A stretch of DNA of 64,000 nucleotides, from NCBI GenBank assembly GCA_964016885.1, contig OZ024740.1, positions 117,800,001 through 117,864,000 of the forward strand, given 5' to 3'. Under the pieces are notes generated by a model. That model did not search any database. It worked only from the letters and a program-made list of their open reading frames with translations, and was not told the origin of the DNA. Each line of letters begins with the position of its first letter. Position 1 is the stretch's first letter. The stretch is from Eledone cirrhosa (Eukaryota). This document shows, one piece after another, positions 44,470 through 56,707 of this stretch. Both the position numbers and the translations under genes were made by a program.

Positions 44470-44683
44470 GATTTTTCAAAGAAAAATTTTTGTTTGATAA
44501 TTATAAAAGTTTAAATTTTGGGCTGAAGGCCCCAATCGTTTTGGGTGTCCTTTTCATATAACAATGTATGTGCACTTATATACAGTTAACAATACAAATT
44601 TTCCATGAATGGCAATTTTAAACAACTGAAAATAACAAACCTTTGCGGAGCTCACGATGATACGATTTACTACGTAGGTCGCC

Positions 44684-44722
<39 letters not shown>
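44684..44722. repeat. (AAT)n spacer between Tx1 copies 2 and 3
   Basis: Read directly. Confidence 0.97.
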
Positions 44723-44724
<2 letters not shown>

Positions 44725-46612
44725 TTTCTTTATTAACCACAAGGGTTTACATAAAGTAGACATTAAGGACAGTGCAGGACAATGCAGGACGGTACAAATG
44801 GGCATTTCTGCGTGTAAAAAACAAAAACAGAGGATGTAACAAAAATAACAATGAAAATAACAATGAAAAATTCCCCAATAGGGGGGAGACTTCGGAGGGA
44901 CATTTGTGGAGAAAGCCCAGTAAAAAGCCACAATGACCCTGACCACCAAGGCAAGTGCCCTCTCCCAGTTTTCCACCTTTAATTTACAGATATATACTCA
45001 GAGTAGGCCCATTCACTCGGGCCATTCTTGCTTCTCTCACCCATCTTTCAACAAAATGCTGGGAAGAGAGCACTTCCCTCTCTACTCTGATTTTCCTTTT
45101 CAAATGAAATTTGAAAAAGTCAATCAAAGCATCACCGAAGAGGTAAGTGCTCGTCTTCAGCCCTTTCAAACGTGTCCACCATACTATCTCTTTCGCCATG
45201 GCCACCAGACAGATAAAAACTGCCTGCCCTTCCCGGCTAAAGGAGGAGGGCGGGGCAATCCTCACGATGGACTCAGATGATAGCTGGATCCGTCCTAAAC
45301 GCGACAGCAAGTGTTCGACATAAACCCACAAGTCAGCAATTTTTGGACACTGGACGAGTGCGTGCAGGACGGTTTCGTCGCCCTGCGCGCATCTCGGACA
45401 TGCCCGGCTGACGGCACCTCCATGCCTGTAGAGTTTATCCCGAACTGGCAAGGCTCCTCGGTAGCACTGCCAGGCCAGAGATTTCTGGAAGTTGTCCATA
45501 GGCCCCGGCCCGAAAGTTCTTCCGAAGAGATTGGCTAGTTGATTTTCGTCGACGCCTAGAGTTTCCCCAAGTACGTCGTCGCTCTTACCCTCCACTAATC
45601 CTCTATAGAACGCCGAGGTGGAGTTTCCACCGATCACATTGCCCGATTGGTCGAGGGCTGTGAGCGCTTGAAGACATTCCAGTCTCCAAGCGCTCCCTCT
45701 CGGCCCTCGATTGACCCAGGACTGCAGCTCCGTCAAGGAGACGAGTTGGGGAAAGACGTGTCTAGCAAACGGCGACCACACCTGATCACCGTCGAGGAAG
45801 AGGTGGAGATGTCGTAGCCTGAGCGCGTGTCTGCGCATCATCAGCCACGGCATGCACAGCCCTCCACGTAGTGGGTGTTGACTGCAGATGGACCACCTGA
45901 CCATCGGAGCCCGTCCCTTCCACAAAAAGCGAAAGAGCAAACGCTCCAGCGCAGTCAGGCGAGGCTTAGGACAAGGTACGACGGTCAGGCGGTAGCAGAT
46001 GACAGACGCGATGTACGCGTTAGCCACCTCCGCTCGACCTTTCAGGGATAGCTTCCTCTCCGCCCATTTCTGGGTGAGAGAAGCCACCCTGCTCGTCACC
46101 TCGTCCCAGTTTTTGTCCGTCTGGAGGTCCGGACCGAACCAGACCCCTAGCAATTTAACCGGTCCGTCCGTCCAGCGTCCGGCGACGCTGTTGGACGGCA
46201 TGGACCTGCCTCTCCAGGTGCCGAGCTGCAGGCCCACTGACTTTTTCTGGTTGATCATTGCTCCTGTCACCACTTCGTATTCTCTTAGTGTAGTGCCGAT
46301 CGCCTCGATGTGTTTGGCGTTCGACACCACTACGGTGACATCGTCCGCATATGCTGACACGGATCTTCCGCCTCCTAGTTCGCGCGGGACTCCCCTCAAC
46401 GTCTCCAGTTTGTGCAGTAATGGCTCGAGAGTCAATACGTACAAGAGGGACGAGAGGGGACATCCTTGGCGGACCGAGCGCATGATGTTGAACGGTTCCG
46501 ACAGGTGACCGTTCACTCTCACCACAGAGCAGATGTCGCTGTGCATGGCAGCGATCCAGCCTCTGAAGAGGGGCCCAAAGCCAGCCGCCCTCAGGACTGC
46601 CGCTAGGTAACG

Positions 46613-46614
<2 letters not shown>
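44723..46614 (-). mobile_element. 5'-truncated Tx1 family 2 copy with an uninterrupted RT-to-C-terminus frame
   Basis: ORF 44984-46684 (its poly-L N-terminus is microsatellite read-through) contains RQGCPLSSLLY, YADD and CPRC...H...C; near-identical to 38885-40688; (AAT)n on both sides. Confidence 0.93.
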
Positions 46615-46666
<52 letters not shown>

Positions 46667-46673
46667 TAATAAT
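46615..46673. repeat. (AAT)n tract at the orientation switch of the array
   Basis: Read directly. Confidence 0.97.
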
Positions 46674-47900
46674 GGAAGACGCACGTGGTGGATAGAAGGT
46701 CGTGAAATCGCTCCCGTAAGTTTTGAATTTTTAACATATTTAAATCATTTGTGAAATAACAATTCTTAGTACAAATGTTACGTAAAGCATCGGCTTGAGC
46801 CCCAACAAAATTCGGACCCAAAATATATTGTTATAAGGCTCAAATATTCAATTTTGTATTGTACATTGTATATTCAAAAAAGAAAATGGCTATAAATGGA
46901 AGAAGAAGACCCCCCTCCTCTGTCTACACTATATAGAACAGCCAAACAACAGCAATTTCACCAACACCAGAAACTAGATACACCACCTACCCCATCACCC
47001 CTCTGTGTACACTAAACACAACAGCCAGATAACGGCAATTTCACCACCACCACAACCAATCTCAACATAATAATGATAATAATAATTACTATTATTATTG
47101 TCCCAAGTTTTAACAAAATGTTTAATTCCAACATTAAGGGAATTTATGTCAACACATGTACGCGACTAACCCCATAGATTCACCGAACGGACATCAGTAA
47201 CGACAACGCCATCACTACAGTCACCGCCGCCGCCGCCCATCCATCATTACTACCACTATCCCATCACCGTCGCAACCACTCCTTAATTGCTACCACCGCT
47301 ATACCCCCACTACCTTCTGTTAACTTACGAAAGGGGAGGATGGCGATATCACTAGACAATATTGGTAAACAAGATTAATATTTAATTTTGGATCAGGAAT
47401 GTTGGAGTCGAAAATAGCAAAATGACTAAACGACTACAGATTATTATTTCACCACCAATACCACCACCACTACCACGATGAAAACTCTGGTCAAATCGAC
47501 TCAAATTTATACCCCAACTACAACACCATCACTACAGTAATACGACCACATCACCACCACTACTAAACGACTACAGATTATTATTTCACCACCAATACCA
47601 CCACCACTACCACGATGAAAATTCTGGTCAAATCGACTCAAATTTATACCCCAACTACAACACCATCACTACAGTAATACGACAACATCACCACCACCAC
47701 TGCCTCAGTATCGCTACCGCCGCTATTCTCTCCCACTACCTCCTGCTAGTTGCTGCTAGCACAGCACCGCCACCAGATTGTAGAATTCCTACTAAAAAAG
47801 AGGAAGGCATCAAAATGTATAAATAGACTCAAAAGAAAAAACAAAAATCAAAATCAAAGCAGCACAAGCAACAACAACAAAAAAAAAACAAAAAAAAACG
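46674..47900 (+). repeat. Unclassified unit X1 (CAC/AAC-rich) with an internal 137-bp tandem duplication
   Basis: 46727-47360 is homologous to 56708-57330; tandem copies at 47425-47561 and 47562-47698. Confidence 0.75.
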
Positions 47901-48145
47901 TAAAGAAAATATGAATGAAGAGAGAAACAAACGGACGGACAGAGAAAGGAAGGGAAAAACTAAGTCAGACATTCGAACACTACATTACAATGAAACTTAT
48001 GCTTATTCATTTTTGGGATTTTTTCTGCCTGTTTGTTTGTTTGTTTATTTGTGTTCGTCTACAGCGTGATAATGCCACACAAGAGCCACGTGGAGTGACG
48101 CAACCACCGGAGGCGGTGAATCCACCGGTGGTTATGTAACCATAC

Positions 48146-51100
48146 ATTCGCCAATCCTCGATAAGAGTGTTTAAATGTCGAACCCAAACAGTTCGAATAA
48201 CGGTGAAATGGAGACTAGAACGTCATGTGACAGACTCTCACCCAACAGGTGCTCCTGGCTCAGCAGCAGGGACCTGGCTGTCAACCAAATACTGCTGGTG
48301 TCGGAGGAAGAAGAAGAAGGAAAGGGACCAGAACCAACTGAACGAAAGAATTGAATAGAACTGTTATGCAATGTTACCTGAAAAGTAACCCCAAGGAGAG
48401 GGGCTATAGGAAACGGATGCATAACATCTGGAACGAGATTGGTCTATTTAAATTAGATGAACAAAAATTGGCCGGGCAGGCTTGGGTAATAAGAACTAAT
48501 GGGTGGATAAGCGAGCTGGAACTGGAGGAACTGAGCAGAGAGATTAGCTTGGAGATGGCGGATGGAGTATGCAAGGCAAACGAGCCAGTGGGAAATGAAG
48601 GTGAAGAGGTAGAGAGGACGGAGGAACCACCCGAAGCAGACAATGATCTGAATGCTGAGATAAATAATACCTGGAACAGAGATACGGCCACTGAGGAGAT
48701 GAATGCTGATGGGCTAGGAAAAGATTTGGTTGATATCCTAAATTTAGTGGTAGATGAATTAAACAATGAAAGTGGGAGACCTATGACCTAAGATTTGTAG
48801 ACAGGAAAAAGTTAATAGAAACAACAGCTAAGGTAAACAAAGTCATCCCATACCTTGAGGCGAGGAGCCTTCACCAGTGCAACAATATCCTCAAAGCAAC
48901 AGCAAATACGGTGAGGAAACTACTTGGTATAAAAGCGAGAGGAAACAACAGACAAGAAAGAGCAGAGTCTTGGTGGAAGAAACGACTGAGTGGTCAAATC
49001 AGGGAAATGAGAAATGACATTGGAAAGCGTGAGTCCCTACTGAATGGGACACTAAAAAACATAGACACTAAAAATAGACTGGAAATAAAGTACAAAACTA
49101 GGAGGAAAAAGCTAAATATTATCATAGAGGAACTGAAGCAACGCATTGTAGCAAAGAGTGAAAAAATCAGGCGATACGAGAACAGAGTCAGTCAGTATAA
49201 ACAGAACCGCATGTTCGACAACAACCAGAAGGTGCTGTTTGGACAGCTTGAAGGGAAAGAAAGAGGCAATGAGTTGATCCCTGAGGCGGAACAAACTAAA
49301 ACATTCTGGAGAGGAATATGGGAACAGGATGTTAGACATAATGACCAGGCAGTGTGGATTGAGACAGTACAGAAGGAGATCAGTGAACAGGCACACCAAC
49401 AAACTGATTTGAGTATCACAGTTGAAACTCTTAAGGGGCAGGCCATAAAACTAACCAACTGGAAATCACTAGGCCCAGATGGTGTGCAGGGGTATTGGAT
49501 TAAAAATATAACATCCCTCAACCCGAAACTGACAACAATGTTCAATGACTGCTTGATGTCAGGTGAGGTACCAGAGTGGTTGACAAAAGGTACCACAGTT
49601 CTGATAATGAAAGACCGAATCAAGGGTAATGATGTTACCAACTATAGACCTATCACATGTCTGTCCGTAATGTGGAAACTGTTGACGAGCATTGTGTCTG
49701 AGGAAATCTACCATCACCTTCACACAAACAACTTGTTACCGGACGGACAGAAAGGATGCCGAAAGAAGTCACGTGGTACAAAGGACCAGTTACTTATTGA
49801 TAAGATGGTAATGGGGAATTGCAAGAGGAGACACACTGACGTTGCCATGGGATGGATAGACGACAGAAAGGCATTTGACATGGTGCCTCATTCTTGGATC
49901 ACCAAAAGCCTGGAGATCTTCAAGGTGGCAGATAACATCAGACAGTTGTTGGGCAAAAGTATGAGGTCCTGGGAAACAGAGCTGACATCAACTGGAGAAT
50001 CCTTGGGAAGCGTGAAGATCAAGAGGGGTATCTTCCAGGGAGATAGCCTGTCCCCTCTGTTGTTTGTCCTTGCCCTGATGCCCCTGACCAGTGTACTGCG
50101 AAAAGTGAGAGCAGGATATAGGTTGGGAAAGGGAGGGCTTACCATCAGTCACCTCCTCTTCATGGACGATCTTAAGCTCTTCGGGAAGAGTGAGAAGGAG
50201 TTGGATGTGCTTGTTGACACTGTCCGTGTTTTCAACAGTGATATATGTATGCAATTTGGTAATAGTAAGTGTGGAGTCATTGTGATGAGGAGGGGTAGGT
50301 TGAGCAGAAGTAACGGAATCCAGATACCAACAGGTGAGATGATAAAGGAAATTGACTCTGAGGAAGGATACAAGTATTTGGGCGTTCTGGAGGCTGATGG
50401 CATAAAGAACAAAAAAATGAAGGAATTATTAAGAACTGAATACATTCTGAGAGTAAGGAGCGTATTGAAGTCACATCTGTACAGCAGAAATGCCATAAGC
50501 AGTGTCTATTATTAGGTACAGTGCGGGAATTCTGAGATGGAATGTTGCTGAACAAAAAGAAATGGATAGAAGACTAGAAAGCTATTGACTATCTACAACA
50601 TGTTCCAGAAGAGGAGGGATATCGATAGACTCTACTTAAGGAGATCTGAGGGAGGAAGAGGTCTTATCAGCATAGAGGGCTGTGTTCAGATGGAGAAAAA
50701 CAACCTACACAAATACGTGACTGATAGTAAGGAGCCAATGCTCAGAACTATACTGAAGGAGGGGACAATAGGCCAGGGGATGTCCAAGGAGGAAATAACA
50801 TCAAGGAGAAAGAGCAGCCTTCAGGAAAAATCCCTTTATAGTACCTTCTTTGAGAAAACTGAATTCAGAGATCCACAGACATGGAACTGGTTGAAAAGAG
50901 GAGACCTTAAAAAGGCTACAGAAGGAATGTTAATGGCTGCGCAGGAGCAGGCCCTCAAAACGAAGTGGTTGAAACACCATATTTACAAGGAGGGGGCTAG
51001 CCCACTGTGCAGGATCTGTGGAGAGAGAGAGGAGACTGTGGCTCACATTGTATCCGAGTGTAAACACCTAGCCCAGACTCACTATAAGGGCTGGAGACAT

Positions 51101-51656
51101 GATGTGATGGGCAGGGTGATCCACTGGCACCTGTGCAAAGTAAACAATTTACCACATTCTGAGAAATGGTATGAGCATAAGCCAGAGGCGGTGATAGAGA
51201 ACGATCAGATGAAGGTGCTGTGGGATTTTAGGATACAGACGAACAAGAAACTGGAACACAATAGACCTGACCTGGTGGTTGTGGACAAAGAAAAAAGATC
51301 GTGCCTGATTGTGGATGTGGCCTGCCCATTTGACACGAGAGTGCAAGAGAAGGAGAGGGAGAAAATTAACCGATACCAGGACTTAAAGTGAGAGGTAAAA
51401 AGGATTTGGAACTGCCATGAAGTCAAAGTGATCCCGATTGTCATAAGCGCACTGGGGACTATCTCCAAAAGTTTCCAGGGATGGTTAAAGAAAATCGTCC
51501 CCTTCACGCTTTTTGGAACGCTTCAAAAGGCATGCTTGCTGGAAACAGCAAGAACACTCCGATACGTCCCTGATATCTGAGGCTGCAGGTAGTGGCTTGA
51601 TATTCATTCCAACAAACTTTCCAGTTAACTAACATCAATGACTGAGACTCAAGGAG
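48146..51656 (+). mobile_element. Near full-length R4/Dong-clade RLE non-LTR retrotransposon, family A (frameshifted)
   Basis: Single ORF (ATG 48208 to stop ~51580, broken) with [23 protein letters not shown] and [11 protein letters not shown]; CCHC CRIC...ETVAHIVSEC; RHD; PD..D/E endonuclease RPDLVVVDK...IVDVACPFD...EKINRY; (TAA)n tail 51657-51728. Confidence 0.93.
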
Positions 51657-51666
51657 TAATAACAAC

Positions 51667-51728
<62 letters not shown>

Positions 51729-51729
<1 letters not shown>

Positions 51730-52834
51730 CAAAAAGAAATGGATAGGAAGACTAGGAAGCTATTGACTATCTACAACATGTTCCACAAGAGGAGTGATGT
51801 CGATAGACTCTACCTAAGGAGATCTGAGGGTGGAAGAGGTCTTATCAGCATAGAGGACTGTGTTCAGATGGAGAAAAACAACCTATACAAATACGTGACC
51901 TATAGTAAGGAGCCAATGCTCAGCACTGTACTGAAGGAGGGGACAGTAGGCCAGGGGATGTCCAAGGAGGAAATAACATCAAGGAGGAAGAGCAGCCTTA
52001 AGGGAAAATCCCTTCATAGTACCTTCTTCGAGAAAACTGAATTTAGAGATCCACAGACATGGAACTGGTTGAGAAGAGGAGACCTCAAAAAGGCTACAGA
52101 AGGAATGCTAATGGCTGCGCAGGAGCAGGCCCTCAAAACGAAGTGGTTGAAGCACCATATCTACAAGGAGGAGGCTAGCCCACTGTGCAGGATCTGTGGA
52201 GAGAGAGAGAGGAGACTGTGGCTCACATTGTGTCCGAGTGTAAACACCTAGCCCAGACCCACTATAAGGGCTGGAGACACGATGTGATGGGCAGGGAGAT
52301 CCACTGGCACCTGTGCAAAGTAAACAATCAATCACATTCTGAGAAATGGTATGAGCATAGGCCAGAGGCGGTGATGGAGAACAGTCACGTGAAGGTGCTG
52401 TGGGATTTTAGGATACAGACGGACAAAAAACTGGAACACAATAGACCTGACCTGGTGGTTGTGGACAAAGAAAAAAGATCGTGCCTGATTGTGGATGTGG
52501 CCTGCCCGTTCGACACGAGAGTGCAAGAGAAGGAGAGGGAGAAAATTAACCGATACCAGGACCTAAAGTGGGAGGTGAAAAGGATTTAGAACTGCCATGA
52601 AGTCAAAGTGATCCCGATTGTCATAGGCGCACTGGGGACTATCTCCAAAGGTTTCCAGGGATGGTTGAAGAAAATCGGCCCCTTCACGCTTTTTGGAACG
52701 CTTCAAAAGGCATGCTTGCTTGGAACAGCAAGAACCCTCCGATACGTCCTGAATATCTGAGGCTGCAGGTAGTGGCTTGATATTCAATCCAACGGACTTT
52801 CCAGTTAACCAACATCAATGACTGCGATTCAAGG
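51729..52834 (+). mobile_element. 5'-truncated Dong family A copy T1
   Basis: Near-identical to the 3' 1.1 kb of copy A; (TAA)n tail 52835-52903. Confidence 0.93.
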
Positions 52835-52846
52835 AATAACAATAAC

Positions 52847-52903
<57 letters not shown>

Positions 52904-52915
<12 letters not shown>

Positions 52916-54175
52916 ATGAAGGAATTGTTAAGAACTGAATACATTCGGAGAGTAAGGAGCGTATTGAAGTCACATCTGAACAGCAGAAATTCCATAAGCG
53001 CAGTAAATTCCCGAGCCGTGTCTATTATTAGGTACAGTGCGGGAATTCTGAGATGGAATGTTGCTGAACAAAAAGAAATGGATAGGAAGACTAGGAAGCT
53101 ATTGACTATCTACAACATGTTCCACAAGAGGAGTGATGTCAATAGACTCTACCTAAGGAGATCTGAGGGTGGAAGAGGTCTTATCAGCATAGAGGACTGT
53201 GTTCAGATGGAGAAAAACAACCTATACAAATACGTGACCTATAGTAAGGAGCCAATGCTCAGAACTGTACTGAAGGAGGGAACAGGAGGCCAGGGGATGT
53301 CCAAGGAGGAAATAACATCAAGGAGGAAGAGCAGCCTTAAGGGAAAATCCCATCATAGTACCTTCTTTGTGAAAACTGAATTTAGAGATCCACAGACATG
53401 GAACTGGTTGAGAAGAGGAGACCTCAAAAAGGCTACAGAAGGAATGCTAATGGCTGCGCAGGAGCAGGCCCTCAAAACGAAGTGGTTGAAGCACCATATT
53501 TACAAGGAGGAGGCTAGCCCACTGTGCAGGATCTGTGGAGAGAGAGAGAGGAGACTGTGGCTCACATTGTGTCCGAGTGTAAACACCTAGCCCAGACCCA
53601 CTATAAGGGCTGGAGACACGATGTGATGGGCAGGGTGATCCACTGGCACCTGTGCAAAGTAAACAATTTACCACACTCTGAGAAATGGTATGATCATAGG
53701 CCAGAGGCGGTGATGGAGAACAATCAGGTGAAGGTGCTGTGGGATTTTAGGATACAGACGGACAAGAAACTGGAACACAATAGACCTGACCTGGTGGTTG
53801 TGGACAAAGAAAAAAGATCGTGCCTGATTGTGGATGTGGCCTGCCCATTTGACACGAGAGTGCAAGAGAAGGAGAGAGAGAAAATTAACCGATACCAGGA
53901 CTTAAAGTGAGAGGTAAAAAGGATTTGGAACTGCCATGAAGTCAAAGTGATCCCGATTGTCATAAGCGCACTGGGGACTATCTCCAAAAGTTTCCAGGGA
54001 TGGTTAAAGAAAATCGTCCCCTTCACGCTTTTTGGAACGCTTCAAAAGGCATGCTTGCTGGGAACAGCAAGAACCCTCCGATACGTCCCTGATATCTGAG
54101 GCTGCAGGTAGTGGCTTGATATTCATTCCAACAAACTTTCCAGTTAACTAACATCAATGACTGAGACTCAAGGAG
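52904..54175 (+). mobile_element. 5'-truncated Dong family A copy T2 (probable chimera)
   Basis: Starts at the A-run before MKELLRTEY; (TAA)n tail 54176-54235. Confidence 0.93.
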
Positions 54176-54185
54176 TAATAACAAC

Positions 54186-54235
<50 letters not shown>

Positions 54236-54236
<1 letters not shown>

Positions 54237-55339
54237 CAAAAAGAAATGGATAGGAAGACTAGGAAGCTATTGACTATCTACAACATGTTCCACAAGAGGA
54301 GTGATGTCGATAGACTCTACCTAAGGAGATCTGAGGGTGGAAGAGGTCTTATCAGCATAGAGGACTGTGTTCAGATGGAGAAAAACAACCTATACAAATA
54401 CGTGACCTATAGTAAGGAGCCAATGCTCAGAACTGTACTGAAGGAGGGGACAGTAGGCCAGGGGATGTCCAAGGAGGAAATAACATCAAGGAGGAAGAGC
54501 AGCCTTAAGGGAAAATCCCTTCATAGTACCTTCTTTGAGAAAACTGAATTTAGAGATCCACAGACATGGAACTGGTTGAGAAGAGGAGACCTCAAAAAGG
54601 CTACAGAAGGAATGCTAATGGCTGCGCAGGAGCAGGCCCTCAAAACGAAGTGGTTGAAGCACCATATCTACAAGGAGGAGGCTAGCCCACTGTGCAGGAT
54701 CTGTGGAGAGAGAGAGGAACCTGTGGCTCACATCGTGTCCGAGTGTAAACACCTAGCCCAGACCCACTATAAGGGCTGGAGACACGATGTGATGGGCAGG
54801 GTGATCCACTGGCACCTGTGCAAAGTAAACAATTTACCACATTCTGAGAAATGGTATGAGCATAGGCCAGAGGCGGTGATGGAGAACAGTCAGGTGAAGG
54901 TGCTGTGGGATTTTAGGATACAGACGAACAAGAAACTGGAACACAATAGACCTGACCTGGTGGTTGTGGACAAAGAAAAAAGATCGTGCCTGATTGTGGA
55001 TGTGGCCTGCCCGTTCGACACGAGAGTGCAAGAGAAGGAGAGGGAGAAAATTAACCGATACCAGGACCTAAAGTGGGAGGTGAAAAGGATTTAGAACTGC
55101 CATGAAGTCAAAGTGATCCCGATTGTCATAGGCGCACTGGGGACTATCTCCAAAGGTTTCCAGGGATGGTTGAAGAAAATCGGCCCCTTCACGCTTTTTG
55201 GAACGCTTCAAAAGGCATGCTTGCTTGGAACAGCAAGAACCCTCCGATACGTCCTGAATATCTGAGGCTGCAGGTAGTGGCTTGATATTCAATCCAACGG
55301 ACTTTCCAGTTAACCAACATCAATGACTGAGATTCAAGG
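54236..55339 (+). mobile_element. 5'-truncated Dong family A copy T3
   Basis: Same 5' breakpoint as T1; ORF 54246-55094; (TAA)n tail 55340-55399. Confidence 0.93.
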
Positions 55340-55351
55340 AATAACAATAAC

Positions 55352-55399
<48 letters not shown>

Positions 55400-55411
<12 letters not shown>

Positions 55412-56671
55412 AAATGAAGGAATTGTTAAGAACTGAATACATTCGGAGAGTAAGGAGCGTATTGAAGTCACATCTGAACAGCAGAAATGCCATAAGCGCA
55501 GTAAATTCCCGAGCCGTGTCTATTATTAGGTACAGTGCGGGAATACTGAGATGGAATGTTGCTGAACAAAAAGAAATGGATAGGAAGACTAGGAAGCTAT
55601 TGACTATCTACAACATGTTCCACAAGAGGACTGATGTCAATAGACTCTACCTAAGGAGATCTGAGGGTGGAAGAGGTCTTATCAGCATAGAGGACTGTGT
55701 TCAGATGGAGAAAAACAACCTATACAAATACGTGACCTATAGTAAGGAGCCAATGCTCAGAACTGTACTGAAGGAGGGAACAGGAGGCCAGGGGATGTCC
55801 AAGGAGGAAATAACATCAAGGAGGAAGAGCAGCCTTAAGGGAAAATCCCTTCATAGTACCTTCTTTGAGAAAACTGAATTTAGAGATCCACAGACATGGA
55901 ACTTGTTGAGAAGAGGAGACCTCAAAAAGGCTACAGAAGGAATGCTAATGGCTGCGCAGGAGCAGGCCCTCAAAACGAAGTGGTTGAAGCACCATATTTA
56001 CAAGGAGGAGGCTAGCCCACTGTGCAGGATCTGTGGAGAGAGAGAGAGGAGACTGTGGCTCACATTGTGTCCGAGTGTAAACACCTAGCCCAGACCCACT
56101 ATAAGGGCTGGAGACACGATGTGATGGGCAGGGTGATCCACTGGCACCTGTGCAAAGTAAACAATTTACCACACTCTGAGAAATGGTATGATCATAGGCC
56201 AGAGGCGGTGATGGAGAACAATCAGGTGAAGGTGCTGTGGGATTTTAGGATACAGACGGACAAGAAACTGGAACACAATAGACCTGACCTGGTGGTTGTG
56301 GACAAAGAAAAAAGATCGTGCCTGATTGTGGATGTGGCCTGCCCATTCGACACGAGAGTGCAAGAGAAGGAGAGGGAGAAAATTAACCGATACCAGGACT
56401 TAAAGTGAGAGGTAAAAAGGATTTGGAACTGCCATGAAGTCAAAGTGATCCCGATTGTCATAGGCGCACTGGGGACTATCTCCAAAAGTTTCCAGGGATG
56501 GTTAAAGAAAATCGGCCCCGTCACGCTTTTTGGAACGCTTCAAAAGGCATGCTTGCTTGGAACAGCAAGAACCCTCCGATACGTCCTGAATATCTGAGGC
56601 TGCAGGTAGTGGCTTGATATTCATTCCAACGGACTTTCCAATTAAGCAACATCAATGACTGAGATTCAAGG
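55400..56671 (+). mobile_element. 5'-truncated Dong family A copy T4
   Basis: Same 5' breakpoint as T2; (TAA)n tail 56672-56707. Confidence 0.93.
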
Positions 56672-56707
56672 AATAACAACAATAATAATAATAATAATAA
56701 TAATAAT

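Larger units (their letters stand above)
38885..44683 (-). mobile_element. Full-length, mutated Tx1/L1-clade retrotransposon, family 2
   Basis: 5' UTR starting TGGC directly after (ATT)n; ORF1 from 44469; ORF2 from 42469; 3' end CCCTTGTGGTTAATAAA. Confidence 0.92.

Noticed and set aside
46615-46684. Poly-Leu 'signal peptide' at the N-terminus of the 566-aa ORF
   Set aside because: It is in-frame read-through of the (TTA)n tract into a 5'-truncated Tx1 ORF2; there is no evidence of expression.
50560-56707. Regular repeat-spacer pattern suggesting a CRISPR-like array or tandem host gene family
   Set aside because: The units are 1.1-1.3-kb 3' fragments of one Dong retrotransposon with TAA tails; there are no cas genes and the context is eukaryotic.
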